A stretch of DNA of 64,000 nucleotides. Origin: Spirochaetia bacterium. Lineage in GTDB: Bacteria; Spirochaetota; Spirochaetia; CADAEX01. This document shows, one piece after another, positions 10,754 to 22,000 of the stretch. How positions within the stretch are numbered: the first letter of the stretch is position 1; every line of letters begins with the position of its first letter. The notes beneath the pieces were generated by a model that worked only from the letters and a program-made list of their open reading frames with translations, did not search any database and was not told the origin of the DNA. The stretch covers positions 2,272,001 to 2,336,000 of the forward strand of contig OY759746.1 in the NCBI GenBank assembly GCA_963662795.1, read 5' to 3'. The position numbers were made by a program, and so were the translations under genes.

Positions 10754-11695
10754 TTATTCAAGACCTAAAGTGGCAAGCATGACCGCCTTTATTGTATGTT
10801 TGCGGTTTTCAGCCTGGTTCCAGGCTTCTGATCTGTTACCGTCAACAACATCTGCCGTTACTTCGTTTCCCTTAACCGCGGGAAGACAGTGCATGAATAC
10901 CGTATCTGTCTTGCCTGTGTTTTCCATCAGGGAACTGTTTACCTGATAAGGTTTAAGCAGTTTTACCCTTTCGGCAAGTTTGTCTTCCTCTCCCATTGAT
11001 GCCCATACATCTGTATATATTACATCGGCATCTTTAACCGCTTTTTTTACATCAGTTGTTATTTCAACAAGAGAACCTGATTTTTCTGCGAATTGTCTCG
11101 ACATAGTTACGATATTTTCCGAAGGAAGCAGCGAATGGGGAGAAGCAACAGTGATATCGGTACCCATTTTTGAGCATCCAATCATAAGTGAATTGGCAAC
11201 GTTGTTTCTGCCGTCACCCACATATACAAGCTTTATCCCTTCAAGCTTGCCTTTACTCTCTTCCACTGTCATTAAATCGGCAAGTATCTGAGTAGGATGA
11301 AAATCATCAGTAAGACCGTTGTATACAGGGACGCCGGAGTATTCTGCGAGAGTCTGGGCGTTTGAGGTCTTAAATCCCCTGAACTGAATACAGTCAAACA
11401 TTCTTCCCAGAACACGCGCTGTATCTTCTATTGATTCCTTCGCGCCGAGCTGAATATCTGCATTGGAAAGAAAAACAGGATGTCCCCCCTCTTCCCCGAA
11501 AGCAGTTTCAAAGGCGCATCTGGTTCTGGTTGATCTTTTTTCAAAAAGCAGGGCAATGGTAAGTCCTTTGAATCTTTCTTTACCTGAATGTTTTTCTTTT
11601 TTAACACTGTGTGAAAGGTCCAGCAGGTATCTGATTTCTTCCCTGCTGAAATCACGTAAAGTAATAAGCGATCTTCCCTTGAGGCTGGCTGACAT
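10754..11695 (-). CDS. argF: Ornithine carbamoyltransferase
   Basis: STRTR, HPTQ, YTDVWASMG, HCLP, QAENR motifs; start taken at MSASLKGR. Confidence 0.92.
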   Translation of the reverse strand: MSASLKGRSLITLRDFSREEIRYLLDLSHSVKKEKHSGKERFKGLTIALLFEKRSTRTRCAFETAFGEEGGHPVFLSNADIQLGAKESIEDTARVLGRMFDCIQFRGFKTSNAQTLAEYSGVPVYNGLTDDFHPTQILADLMTVEESKGKLEGIKLVYVGDGRNNVANSLMIGCSKMGTDITVASPHSLLPSENIVTMSRQFAEKSGSLVEITTDVKKAVKDADVIYTDVWASMGEEDKLAERVKLLKPYQVNSSLMENTGKTDTVFMHCLPAVKGNEVTADVVDGNRSEAWNQAENRKHTIKAVMLATLGLE

Positions 11696-11742
11696 ATTTC
11701 GACCCCCCTGTATTTTAAATTCCAATTGTATTGATGGACAGC

Positions 11743-12993
11743 TTATGCTGTTTTCTGATCAGAAATGATTATTTCCGCTTTCTCTTTCCCTTCAATCACA
11801 TCCCGTGTAATAATGACTTTTTTGTTTCCTTCGATGGAAGGAAGATCATACATTATGTTAAGCATGATTGATTCTACAATAGAGCGTATACCCCTGGCTC
11901 CTGTTTTTCTTGATATTGCAAGCTCTGAAACCGCGTCAACCGCGTCATCCGTAAATTCCAGCTCTGTGTCATCAAGTTTGAGAAATTCCGTATACTGTCT
12001 GATTATAGCGTTTTTTGGTTCTGTTATAATTCTTCTTAAGTCTTCTTTTGTAAGGTTTTCAAGCGCAACCTGGATTGGAAGCCTTCCGATAAATTCCGGT
12101 ATAAGGCCGAATTTGATAAGATCATCCGGGTGCAGCTTCGAATACAGCTCAGAAAGATTTTTCTCTTCGGTCGGTTTAATGTCAGCGCCGAACCCCATCG
12201 GATGCTGTGAAACCCTTGCCTCAATTATCTTGTCAAGTCCGACAAAGGCGCCTCCGCAGATAAAGAGTATGTTCTCCGTGTTGATTTTAAGCATTTCCTG
12301 GTTCGGGTGTTTTCTTCCCCCCTGAGGCGGAACAGAAGCAATTGATCCTTCAATTATTTTTAAAAGCGCCTGCTGAACACCTTCTCCCGATACATCCCGT
12401 GTTATGGAAATATTTTCACCTTTCTTTGAAATTTTGTCTATTTCGTCAATATAGATAATCCCTTTCTCGGCAGCCTCGATGCTGTTGTTTGCCGACTGAA
12501 TAAGTTTCAGGAGGATATTTTCCACATCTTCCCCGACATACCCTGCTTCAGTAAGGGTTGTCGCATCAGCTATCGCGAACGGGACATTCAGTTTTTTTGC
12601 AAGACTTTTGGCAAGAAGTGTTTTACCTGTTCCGGTCGGTCCGATTATAAGGACATTTGATTTTTCTATTTCAACTTCACTGTTTAGCTTGTCTGAACCT
12701 GATATTCTTTTATAGTGGTTATATACTGCCACGGAAAGTGTTTTCTTTGCGTTTTCCTGGCCTATTACATACAGATCAAGGAATTTTTTAATCTCTTCAG
12801 GTTTTGATACTTTATCTGCAGCAATATCCCTGTTTATGACTTTGTTGTCACCCTGACTTATTATCCTGTTGCAGACTCCGACACACTCGTCACAGATATG
12901 GACACCCGGTCCTGAGATAATCTTTTTTGCCATTTCTCCGGGTTTCCCGCAGAAAGAGCATATCTGATATGTGTCTTTTTTATTTTTTGCCAT
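11743..12993 (-). CDS. clpX: ATP-dependent Clp protease ATP-binding subunit ClpX
   Basis: CSFC/CDEC zinc finger, [20 protein letters not shown]. Confidence 0.98.
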   Translation of the reverse strand: MAKNKKDTYQICSFCGKPGEMAKKIISGPGVHICDECVGVCNRIISQGDNKVINRDIAADKVSKPEEIKKFLDLYVIGQENAKKTLSVAVYNHYKRISGSDKLNSEVEIEKSNVLIIGPTGTGKTLLAKSLAKKLNVPFAIADATTLTEAGYVGEDVENILLKLIQSANNSIEAAEKGIIYIDEIDKISKKGENISITRDVSGEGVQQALLKIIEGSIASVPPQGGRKHPNQEMLKINTENILFICGGAFVGLDKIIEARVSQHPMGFGADIKPTEEKNLSELYSKLHPDDLIKFGLIPEFIGRLPIQVALENLTKEDLRRIITEPKNAIIRQYTEFLKLDDTELEFTDDAVDAVSELAISRKTGARGIRSIVESIMLNIMYDLPSIEGNKKVIITRDVIEGKEKAEIIISDQKTA

Positions 12994-12999
12994 TAAAAA

Positions 13000-13596
13000 T
13001 TAACTCCTGGTAAGGATGGAATCGATAAGACCGTACTGCCGGCCTTCTTCCGCTGACATGTAATAGTCCCTTTCAAGATCTTTTGATACTGTTTTGACTG
13101 TTTTCCCGGTATGTTTTGCAAAGTAATCAATAATAAGGGTTTTCAGGCGGACTATCTCTCTTGCCTGTATATCAATATCCCTTGCCTGTCCCTGTACCCC
13201 TCCCCACGGCTGGTGGATAAGTATCCGGCTCGAAGGAAGACACTGTCTTTTTCCCGGTGTGCCGCATGTAAGTAACAGCGCCCCCATTGAAGCAGCCTGA
13301 CCCATGCATATAGTCTGAACGTCCGGCCTTATGTGCTGTATTGTGTCATAAACAGCAAGGCCTGCCGTAACAGAGCCGCCCGGAGAGTTTATATAAAGGC
13401 TGATGTCCCTCTGGGGATCCTGTGATTCGAGAAAGAGAAGCTGGGCTACAACAAGGTCTGCTGTAAGATCGTTTATTTCTCCGTCAAGAAAAACAATCCT
13501 GTCTTTAAGAAGGCGTGAATAGATATCATAGGACCTTTCGCCCGCACCTGTCTGTTCAATGACTATAGGTACAAGACTATTCATTTTTTCATTCAT
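13000..13596 (-). CDS. clpP: Clp protease proteolytic subunit
   Basis: [28 protein letters not shown]. Confidence 0.98.
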   Translation of the reverse strand: MNEKMNSLVPIVIEQTGAGERSYDIYSRLLKDRIVFLDGEINDLTADLVVAQLLFLESQDPQRDISLYINSPGGSVTAGLAVYDTIQHIRPDVQTICMGQAASMGALLLTCGTPGKRQCLPSSRILIHQPWGGVQGQARDIDIQAREIVRLKTLIIDYFAKHTGKTVKTVSKDLERDYYMSAEEGRQYGLIDSILTRS

Positions 13597-13621
13597 ATTT
13601 TATAACCTGCATTATATAAGA

Positions 13622-14980
13622 TTAATTATTCATCTGGATAAAATCAAGGAATTTAACTGTTTCTCCTGTTTTTATCACGCTGCTGTCGATCAGCATCTCA
13701 TAAGTTTTTCTTTCGATAAGGGAATGTTTCAAATAGGAGCTCATATTATTGTCTTCAATATATTTTCTGAACTCATCTTCTCCCATTCCGCTCTGAGCTG
13801 CCTGTTTTTTCAGTTCTTCTTCCGCCTCTTCGTCAGAAACTTCCAGTTTTTCCTCATCCATGATTTTACTCACTATAAGCTGCCCTTTGACGCTTTTTAC
13901 GGCAGAGGGTTTCCATTCTTCGAGAAGATCATCTTTTGTTTTATTCTGCATTTCAAGTAATTTAAGGACCTTGGTATCGTCTCCTCCAAACTGATACAGA
14001 AAATTCTGCCAGGAGTGTTCAAGTTCCTGCTCAACCATTGAGGAAGGCACATCAAGTGCCGATGCCTCAACAATTTTATCGATTATCCGCTGCTGTTTTA
14101 AAGCTTTGAGTTTTGAATCAATCATTCCATTCTGTTTTTCTTTGATGTCTTTTTTCAGATCATCAAGAGTTTTGTATTTTTCGCTTATATCCTGAGCAAG
14201 CTCATCATCAATAGCCGGAAGCTGTTTTGATTTGATCCCTGTTACCCTGATTTTGACTTTGACTTTTTTTCCGGCAAGTTCCTTGTATTCGAAGTCATCG
14301 CCGAATGTTTTTTCAACAGTTTTTTCTTCGTCTGTTTTCATCCCTGTAACATCGTCGTCAATCTTGTAATAGTTATATCCTGTTCCGACTGTGAAAGTAA
14401 AATCTTCCCTTGATGTACCCTCAACAGTATTTCCGTCTTCATCTATTTCACAGTAGCTGATTGTCGCTACATCGTTTTTCTCTACAACGCCCTCTTTTTT
14501 TTCTGTTACGACAGCATTCTGTTCCTGATATCTCTCAAGTTCCCTCTTTTCGTCTTCCTTTGAAATTTTTACTTTCGGAATTTCAATTTCAACACCTTTA
14601 TACTGTCCAAGTGTGATTTCAGGATATGTCTCATAGGAAACCTTGAAAACAAGGTCCTTATCAAGGTCTACCGTGAAAGATTCTTCATCGACAAGCCTGG
14701 GTGTGTAATATGGGAGCGGCTTTTTTTCAACATCTTTTAAAACATCTTCAAGGCTTTTTTCAACAAGGTTATAGCCTGATTCCATTTTAAGGCTGTCGCT
14801 GTATTTTCTTTCAAGAATGGCAACAGGAACTTTACCTTTCCTGAAACCCTTAACCTGTGCTGTTTTTGCGTATTTTCCCAATAATTCATCATACTCTTTT
14901 TTGAGTGATTCTTTTTCGATTGTTACGGAAAGTTCTACAACTGAATTCTCCAGAGTTTTAATCTCTTTATTCTTGATCAC
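13622..14980 (-). CDS. tig: Trigger factor
   Basis: GFRKGK signature, FKBP-like middle domain, upstream of clpP-clpX. Confidence 0.96.
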   Translation of the reverse strand: MIKNKEIKTLENSVVELSVTIEKESLKKEYDELLGKYAKTAQVKGFRKGKVPVAILERKYSDSLKMESGYNLVEKSLEDVLKDVEKKPLPYYTPRLVDEESFTVDLDKDLVFKVSYETYPEITLGQYKGVEIEIPKVKISKEDEKRELERYQEQNAVVTEKKEGVVEKNDVATISYCEIDEDGNTVEGTSREDFTFTVGTGYNYYKIDDDVTGMKTDEEKTVEKTFGDDFEYKELAGKKVKVKIRVTGIKSKQLPAIDDELAQDISEKYKTLDDLKKDIKEKQNGMIDSKLKALKQQRIIDKIVEASALDVPSSMVEQELEHSWQNFLYQFGGDDTKVLKLLEMQNKTKDDLLEEWKPSAVKSVKGQLIVSKIMDEEKLEVSDEEAEEELKKQAAQSGMGEDEFRKYIEDNNMSSYLKHSLIERKTYEMLIDSSVIKTGETVKFLDFIQMNN

Positions 14981-15198
14981 AATTTCCCTCTTTTCTAAGT
15001 ATTGTTATGTCGGCGCTGATTACGGCATAGACTGCTTCGTAATAATCCTGCGGCCGTGACGGGAATACCGAACATCTGATCAGAATCCCCATATTTTACT
15101 GATATATATGAAAACATATCAAAAGGGCGGTTTTTTGTATATACCCGTAGGGTATTAGAATATCCAAAGGGTATTTGATAACAATTGAACCGGCACAT

Positions 15199-15227
15199 AA
15201 AAAAAGCGGCCCTTTAATGGACCGCTT
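15199..15227 (-). terminator. Intrinsic terminator of tRNA cluster
   Basis: Minus strand AAGCGGTCC-ATTAAA-GGGCCGCTT followed by T-run just downstream of tRNA-Gly. Confidence 0.7.
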
Positions 15228-15239
15228 GCTAAAAATTAG

Positions 15240-15311
15240 AGCGGGAGACGAGACTTGAACTCGCGACATCCACCTTGGCAAGGTGGAGCTCTACCACTGA
15301 GCTACTCCCGC
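15240..15311 (-). tRNA. tRNA-Gly(GCC)
   Basis: GCGGGAG acceptor, TAGCTCAG D arm, anticodon arm CCACC-TTGCCAA-GGTGG, GTTCAAG T loop. Confidence 0.97.
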
Positions 15312-15340
15312 AGATCAATTTTTTTCCTTCCCTGCTTTAT

Positions 15341-15422
15341 TGCGAGAGAAGGGACTTGAACCCTTAAACCCGAAGGCACCAGATCCTAAGTCTGGCGTGT
15401 CTGCCAATTTCACCACTCTCGC
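15341..15422 (-). tRNA. tRNA-Leu(TAG)
   Basis: CCAGA-CTTAGGA-TCTGG anticodon arm, long variable arm, GTTCAAG. Confidence 0.97.
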
Positions 15423-15526
15423 ATTTTATAACATGATAACAGAAAGTAAGTCAAGAGGAAACTGTTTTTAGCTGTCCGGTAAATACCTCTTCAGCACATA
15501 AAAAAGACAGCTGCCAAATGAAAAAA

Positions 15527-15599
15527 TGAGCCGTGAAGGGATCGAACCTTCGACCCGCAGATTAAGAGTCTGCTGCTCTACCAGCTGAGCTAACGGCCC
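15527..15599 (-). tRNA. tRNA-Lys(CTT)
   Basis: GCAGA-CTCTTAA-TCTGC anticodon arm, GTTCGAT. Confidence 0.97.
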
Positions 15600-15613
15600 T
15601 GGTTAAAAAAACA

Positions 15614-15687
<74 letters not shown>

Positions 15688-15699
15688 CAGAAATAAATG

Positions 15700-15772
15700 G
15701 GTGGATGACGGGGCTCGAACCCGCAACAGCTGGAACCACAATCCAGTGCTCTACCATTGAACTACATCCACC
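15700..15772 (-). tRNA. tRNA-His(GTG)
   Basis: CTGGA-TTGTGGT-TCCAG anticodon arm; encoded extra 5' G. Confidence 0.97.
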
Positions 15773-15788
15773 ATCACTTTCGGTAAGT

Positions 15789-15817
15789 AATATGGAGGAT
15801 TTATCCTGTTTTGTCAA
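15789..15817 (-). promoter_or_regulatory. Sigma70-type promoter of tRNA cluster
   Basis: Minus strand TTGACA-17 nt-CATATT just upstream of tRNA-His. Confidence 0.65.
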
Positions 15818-15837
15818 GAACCAGGATTTTTGCGCAG

Positions 15838-18048
15838 TTATTCTTTTATTGCAGATACAAAGAGGTAAACGCTCTTCCATTTCACCTCTCTGCCTCCAAG
15901 TTTTTTAATTGATTCCTCCCTTATTTTACTGTAAAGAGCAGTTCCGGCGGAGGATGAAAGGATGCTGCCGTAGCTGTCCGGTTTTTCAATATTAAACCAC
16001 TTCTCAATATCAGAAGTCTGGATAAGGCGGGTTTCAAACCATGTTTTTTCCCGGCTCCTTATTTCCCTGAAGCCGGCCCCTGACAGGGTCTCTTTTATGA
16101 TATCTTCACTCAAATCTGTAATATTGCCCGTTCTTGATGTATATATTCTTTCTTCCGCATTTATAAATTCCTGCAGTTCATGGCTGCTGAGGAAAGAGGT
16201 ATCAAGGAGCTGCGAAATTCTGGAAGACTTTGAAACAAGGTTTTCCGCAATTGAAATCCTTCCTCCTGTATCAAGTAATGTGAAGAAGCCTGCTGCAAGG
16301 GCAGATCTGTCATTATACCGGAGAAAGATATTTTTACCTGTAATAATATCAAAAATACCTGGTTCTGTTTCTTTTGCCATATAATCATTTAGATGATTTT
16401 TTATAACAACAGGTTTATCCCCGTTTTCTGCCGGCAGGGGATGTTTTTCAATTATTTCGATGTCTGAAGGATTGTCCCCGATATAAAAAACCCCTCCTTC
16501 AGGGACATGCCGCAGCCCTTCCCATACAAGAAGGCCCCTGTCCGCGGATGCCACAAGTATTCTGTCATATCGCCTTATCTTTATCTGCGAGAATATCTCT
16601 TCCCTGACGGCAGAGAGAATTACGTTTTTATTATCAGAGATCCTTTTAAGCCATGCGTCCCTTTTTTTGTCTGGAGGGGAAAATGTCAGAATTTCCTCAT
16701 CAGTGTCCTCCCTTTCGGCCTGTGCTGCGAGCTGTACTTCCCTCCTTCTGGAAAGTTCATTTTTAAGTTCTGCCTCAAATCCGATATCACCGGGTCTGTA
16801 GAAAATACGTCCTTTCAGGGCTTCCGGCAGGTACTGCTGGGCAACCCAGTGGTCCCTGTATGCGTGGGGATAAAGATAGTTTTTGCCATGCCCGAAACTG
16901 TTTTTGTCTCTGGATGAATCCTTGAGATTTACCGGAACTTCACTTTGTTTTTCCTCTCTTACAGCTTCAAGCGCGTCAAAGAAGGAGAGGGCAGTGTTTG
17001 ATTTTTTGGCGCATGCAAGATAAAGGGCTGTTTCAGCCAGAATAAGCTGTCCTTCAGGCATTCCAATTCTCTCAAAAGCCTGCGCCGCGGCATTTACAAC
17101 AAGAAGTGCGTTCGGATCTGCAAGGCCGATATCTTCAGCTGCTGAAATTATCATTCTTCTGAGAATGAACTTGGGATCTTCTCCCGCATCAACCATCCTT
17201 GCCATCCAGTAAAGGGCGGCATCCGGGTCGGATCCCCTTATTGATTTGATAAAAGCGCTGATTGTATCAAAATGGTAATCCCCTTCTTTATCATAGAGCA
17301 GTACTTTTTTCTGAATACTCTCTTCAGCTGTTTCCATGGAGACATATATCGGCCGCCCTTCCTGGGGAGGGAACTCTTCCGGTGTAGTTTCTATCGCAAG
17401 CTCAAGTGCATTGAGCATACTTCTTGCGTCTCCATTCGCTATATCGGCAAGATGTTCAAGCGAACCTTTTTCAAATTCTATCTTATATTTACCGTACCCC
17501 TTCTCTGTATCGGATAAGGCCTTTTCAGCTGCTCTTAACAGGTCTTCTTTTGTAAGGGGGAGAAGCTGAAATATCCTGCTCCTGCTTACAAGGGCGGAAT
17601 TTACCTCATAGAAGGGGTTTTCCGTTGTCGCCCCGATAAGGATAAAGGTTCCGTTTTCAACCCATGGCAGGAGCGCGTCCTGCTGGGCCTTGTTCCACCT
17701 GTGTACTTCATCGACAAAGAGGATTGTCTTCTGGTCATAAAGTTCAAGTTTCTTCTTTGCCTCAATTATGGCCTCACGTATCTCTTTTACTCCGGAGAGG
17801 ACGGCATTGATTGTAATAAAAGCGCTTTTGGTAGTTTTCGCGATAATCCGCGCAAGTGTTGTTTTCCCTGTTCCCGGAGGTCCGTAGAATATAAGGGATG
17901 AAAGCTGGTCTGCCTGTATTGCCCGGCGAAGCAGCCTCCCTTTTCCTACAAGATGTTCCTGGCCGATAAAATCATCCAGATTCTCAGGCCGCATCCTTGC
18001 AGCGAGAGGCAGAGCTTTTTGGTCTGCTGATGCGATAAATAAGTCCAT
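15838..18048 (-). CDS. rarA: RarA/MgsA AAA+ ATPase with C-terminal methyltransferase-like extension
   Basis: [55 protein letters not shown]; about 290 extra C-terminal residues; start at MDLF. Confidence 0.9.
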   Translation of the reverse strand: MDLFIASADQKALPLAARMRPENLDDFIGQEHLVGKGRLLRRAIQADQLSSLIFYGPPGTGKTTLARIIAKTTKSAFITINAVLSGVKEIREAIIEAKKKLELYDQKTILFVDEVHRWNKAQQDALLPWVENGTFILIGATTENPFYEVNSALVSRSRIFQLLPLTKEDLLRAAEKALSDTEKGYGKYKIEFEKGSLEHLADIANGDARSMLNALELAIETTPEEFPPQEGRPIYVSMETAEESIQKKVLLYDKEGDYHFDTISAFIKSIRGSDPDAALYWMARMVDAGEDPKFILRRMIISAAEDIGLADPNALLVVNAAAQAFERIGMPEGQLILAETALYLACAKKSNTALSFFDALEAVREEKQSEVPVNLKDSSRDKNSFGHGKNYLYPHAYRDHWVAQQYLPEALKGRIFYRPGDIGFEAELKNELSRRREVQLAAQAEREDTDEEILTFSPPDKKRDAWLKRISDNKNVILSAVREEIFSQIKIRRYDRILVASADRGLLVWEGLRHVPEGGVFYIGDNPSDIEIIEKHPLPAENGDKPVVIKNHLNDYMAKETEPGIFDIITGKNIFLRYNDRSALAAGFFTLLDTGGRISIAENLVSKSSRISQLLDTSFLSSHELQEFINAEERIYTSRTGNITDLSEDIIKETLSGAGFREIRSREKTWFETRLIQTSDIEKWFNIEKPDSYGSILSSSAGTALYSKIREESIKKLGGREVKWKSVYLFVSAIKE

Positions 18049-18374
18049 ACGCAGATTATAGTTTAAAAAAGATTTTTCTGTAAGATTTATTCCCTTTCTG
18101 CTCAAGGATATTAATAGCCGGTTTTTTATGGCAGAAGCAGGACCTGAGCAAAAAAACTCCAATAAATTTCAGTAAAAATTTTCAGGGTAAAAAGAACGAA
18201 AAATCCTTTTTTTGAAGAGATTATCATATTAAATGATATGAATAAGTGAAAATGTCTGAAAAATAACACAACAATCAGGCCGAAATCAAGGATTTATTAT
18301 TTTAATGTGAATTGTATAACTACAAATAAAAATAGGTATTTTATTAATCAAAAATTTATGTTAATAAAATATTA

Positions 18375-18404
18375 TTGCACATTTAATGTAACTGATGTTA
18401 CAAT
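18375..18404 (+). promoter_or_regulatory. Putative promoter with palindromic operator upstream of hydrogenase operon 1
   Basis: TTGCAC-18 nt-TACAAT overlapped by perfect TGTAAC-N4-GTTACA (18387-18402). Confidence 0.5.
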
Positions 18405-18475
18405 AAAAACTGCAGTACAGATGAAATTTCAGTAATTTTATCCGGTACTGATAATCTAAGCAATGAAGGGAGTTT

Positions 18476-19048
18476 GTGCAAATGAAAACCGAGCTTGATG
18501 AAGCCAAGAAAGAAACCGCACAGTGCAGCTGCAGCGAAGATGAAGAATCTTTATATTCAGGTCTTGATGTGGTAATAGACGGGTTTATAGGTGTCCCCGG
18601 GGCCCTGATTCCGGTTCTCCAGTCCACGCAGAATATTTTCGGCTATCTGCCGGAAAAAGCGCTTAAGCATATAAGTGAAAGAATGAAGATACCATACAGT
18701 GAAGTAACAGGTGTTGTAACATTTTATTCATATTTTTCCACTGTTCCACGCGGGAAACACATAATCAGGGTCTGCCTTGGCACTTCCTGCTATGTCAGAG
18801 GGGGAAAAGAGGTACTGGAGGCGATCCAGAAAAAACTTTCAATTCCTGTGGGCGGCACTACTGTGGACAAGATGTTCTCACTGGAAGTCGGCAGATGTTT
18901 CGGTGCATGCGGTCTTGCGCCTACAATTTCAATAGACGGAGAAGTGTATAAAAAAGTAAAACCGACAAAAATAGGTGAAATAATTGAACCGTTTTATGCT
19001 GAAGCTGACGCTGAAGCTAATGCCGGTGCTGACAGGGAGGAGGTTTAA
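18476..19048 (+). CDS. hydC: NuoE-like [2Fe-2S] subunit (HydC) of hydrogenase 1
   Basis: VCLGTSCYVRG and CFGACGLAP thioredoxin-like 2Fe-2S motifs. Confidence 0.9.
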   Translation: MQMKTELDEAKKETAQCSCSEDEESLYSGLDVVIDGFIGVPGALIPVLQSTQNIFGYLPEKALKHISERMKIPYSEVTGVVTFYSYFSTVPRGKHIIRVCLGTSCYVRGGKEVLEAIQKKLSIPVGGTTVDKMFSLEVGRCFGACGLAPTISIDGEVYKKVKPTKIGEIIEPFYAEADAEANAGADREEV

Positions 19049-22000
19049 ATGGGTAAGGAAAAAAAATTGAAAAATAAAATAACCACTCTTGCCGATCTCG
19101 AAAAAATAAAACAGGAGTCCCTGAAAAGGATGGCTGTAAGACTTCAGGATCCGGCGGAAAAAGGGCTTCCCGGAGATACCCCTTTTCATATTATGTTCTG
19201 TTTCGGGACAGGGTGTCTTTCATCAGGCGCTGCCTTTGTAAAGAAGGCATTTGCAGAAAATCTTGAAAAAAACGGGCTTGCGGACAAGGTTACACTTGTA
19301 GAAACTGGCTGTAACGGATTCTGCGCCGGCGGGCCGATTGTTGTAGTCTATCCCGGAGGATATTTTTATCAGAAAGTCTCTCCTGAAGATGCTGTTGATA
19401 TTGTTGAAAGCCACCTTGTAAAAGGTAAACCTGTAAAGCGGCTTATGTTTCATAATCCTGTCAACGGGGAGGTAATACCCAAGTATAAGGATATTTACTT
19501 TTTCGCTCTCCAGAATCTGAGAGTTCTTCACAACAAAGGTCTTATATCCGCAGACAGTATCGATGATTATATAGCCCGTGACGGGTATTTCGGATTTTAT
19601 AAGGCGCTTAAAGAGCTGGAGCCGGACGGGATAATCAAGGAAATTGCTGAATCAGGCCTTAGAGGAAGGGGCGGCGCAGGCTTTACAACAGGAATGAAAT
19701 GGAAGTTCTGCAGCAGGACAGAAAGCAATAAAAAATACATTATCTGCAATGCTGATGAAGGGGACCCGGGAGCGTTCATGGATAGAAGTATTCTTGAGGC
19801 AGATCCCCATGCCGTACTTGAAGGAATGATGATAGGAGCAAGAGCGATTGGGGCAGATACCGGTTATATTTACTGCAGGGCGGAATATCCGCTTGCTATT
19901 CAGCGCCTGGAACACTCAATAAACGAATGCCGTGAAATGGGTCTTCTTGGTAAAAACATCCTTGGAACTGATTTTTCATTTGACATAAAGATTGCTCAGG
20001 GTTCAGGAGCATTTGTCTGCGGAGAAGAGACCGCACTTATGAGATCCATAGAAGGGAAAAGGGGAGAGCCGAGGCCCCGTCCTCCGTTTCCGGCTGTTAA
20101 AGGTCTTTTTGATAAACCTTCCGTACTTAATAATGTTGAAACATTCGGCAATGTCCCTCTCATAATAAAAAACGGCGCAAAGTGGTTCAGGGAAACCGGA
20201 ACTGAAAAATCTCCCGGGACAAAGATATTTGCGCTTACAGGGAATGTTAATAATATTGGCCTAGTCGAAGTAAATATGGGTACGCCGCTCGGAGATATCA
20301 TATATGAAATCGGGGGAGGGATCCCCAACGGGAAGAAGTTCAAGGCTGCCCAGATGGGAGGCCCGTCCGGCGGATGCATAACAAAAGAGCATCTTAATGT
20401 GCCGGTTGATTACGAATCAGTTATTGAACTTGGCGCCATAATGGGCTCAGGCGGACTTATCGTAATGGATGAAGACACCTGTATGGTGGACATGGCAAGG
20501 TTCTTTCTTGAATTCATCCAGGAAGAGTCCTGCGGAAAATGCGTTCCATGCCGCGTAGGAACAAAAAGGATGCTTGAGATTGTTACCCGGATATGCGAAG
20601 GGAAGGGAGAGCTCGAAGATATTGACAGACTTGTTTCGCTGGGAAATCAGATCAAGGATACGGCATTATGCGGTCTTGGTCAGACTGCCCCTAATCCTGT
20701 TCTTTCGACTATAAGGTATTTCAGGAGTGAATATGAGGCCCACATCCTTGAAAAGAGGTGTCCCGCCGGTGTATGTCCGAGTCTTGTAAGGGCCCCGTGT
20801 CAGAGCGGATGCCCGGCAAAGGTTGATATACCGTCATTTGTGGCTTTGACCGGCGACAAGAGATACGCTGAAGCGCTGCAGGTGCACAGGAACAGGAACC
20901 CGTTTGCGGCAATCTGCGCAAGGGTCTGCTTTCATACCTGTGAGGACAAGTGCAGAAGGGCAACGCTTGATGAATCTGTTTCGATCCGGGGAGTAAAAAG
21001 ATTCCTTGTTGATCAGGAAGTTATTGTCCAGAAGCCTGAAAGCAGAGAGAGCGAACGGAACGCAAAAAGAAAAATAGCTATTATCGGAGCAGGGCCTGCA
21101 GGTCTCTCCTGCGGATATTTTCTCGCAAGGCTTGGATACAAACCTAAAGTATTTGAATCGGAATTAAGGCCGGGCGGTATGCTTGTGCAGACTATTCCAT
21201 CCTACAGACTGCCCCGGGAAACACTTGCCCGTGAAATAAGAATGATAGAACAGCTTGGTGTTGATATTGAAACAGGTGTGTCCCTCGGTAAGGACTTTAC
21301 ATTGAAGAGCCTCGCTGATGAGGGGTATGAGGCTGTTTTCATGGGTGTCGGGGCGCCTGATCCCATTACCCTTGGACTTCTTGGAGAAGAAGCGGAAAAT
21401 GTAACAGACGCAATACCTTTCCTCAAGCAGTACAATATCAGGGGTTCTGTCCCGGTCGGGAAGAACGTAATAGTTATCGGAGGGGGAAACGCCGCAATTG
21501 ACGCCGCGAGAACTGCCCTCCGGCTCGGCGCTGAAAGTGTAAAGGTTGTTTACAGAAGAAGCCAGGGAGAGATGCCGGCATATGAAGAAGAAATTGATGA
21601 AGCTATTTCCGAAGGTGTTGTTCTTATGACATTGACACAGCCTGTTGAGGTCATAAAAAATGAGAAAGGCGCTGCTTCCGGCCTCAGGTGCATTCCCATG
21701 AAACTGGGCGAATATGACAGGACAGGAAGAAGAAGACCGACAGAAAAAGAGGGAGAAACATTCATAATTGATGCCGACCAGATAATTATCGCAATCGGCC
21801 AGAAACTTAAAACAGAAAAACTGCTCGGCGAAACAATGCCTGCCCTTACAAGACAGGGCTTTATCCAGACAAACCCGGTTACAGGCCAGACAAGCCTTCC
21901 GTGGCTTTTTGCCGGAGGCGATAACGCTACCGGTCCTGCTTCTGTTGTTAACGCAATAGCAGGCGGCGAGAAAGCGGCAGTAGGTATTCATGACTATCTT

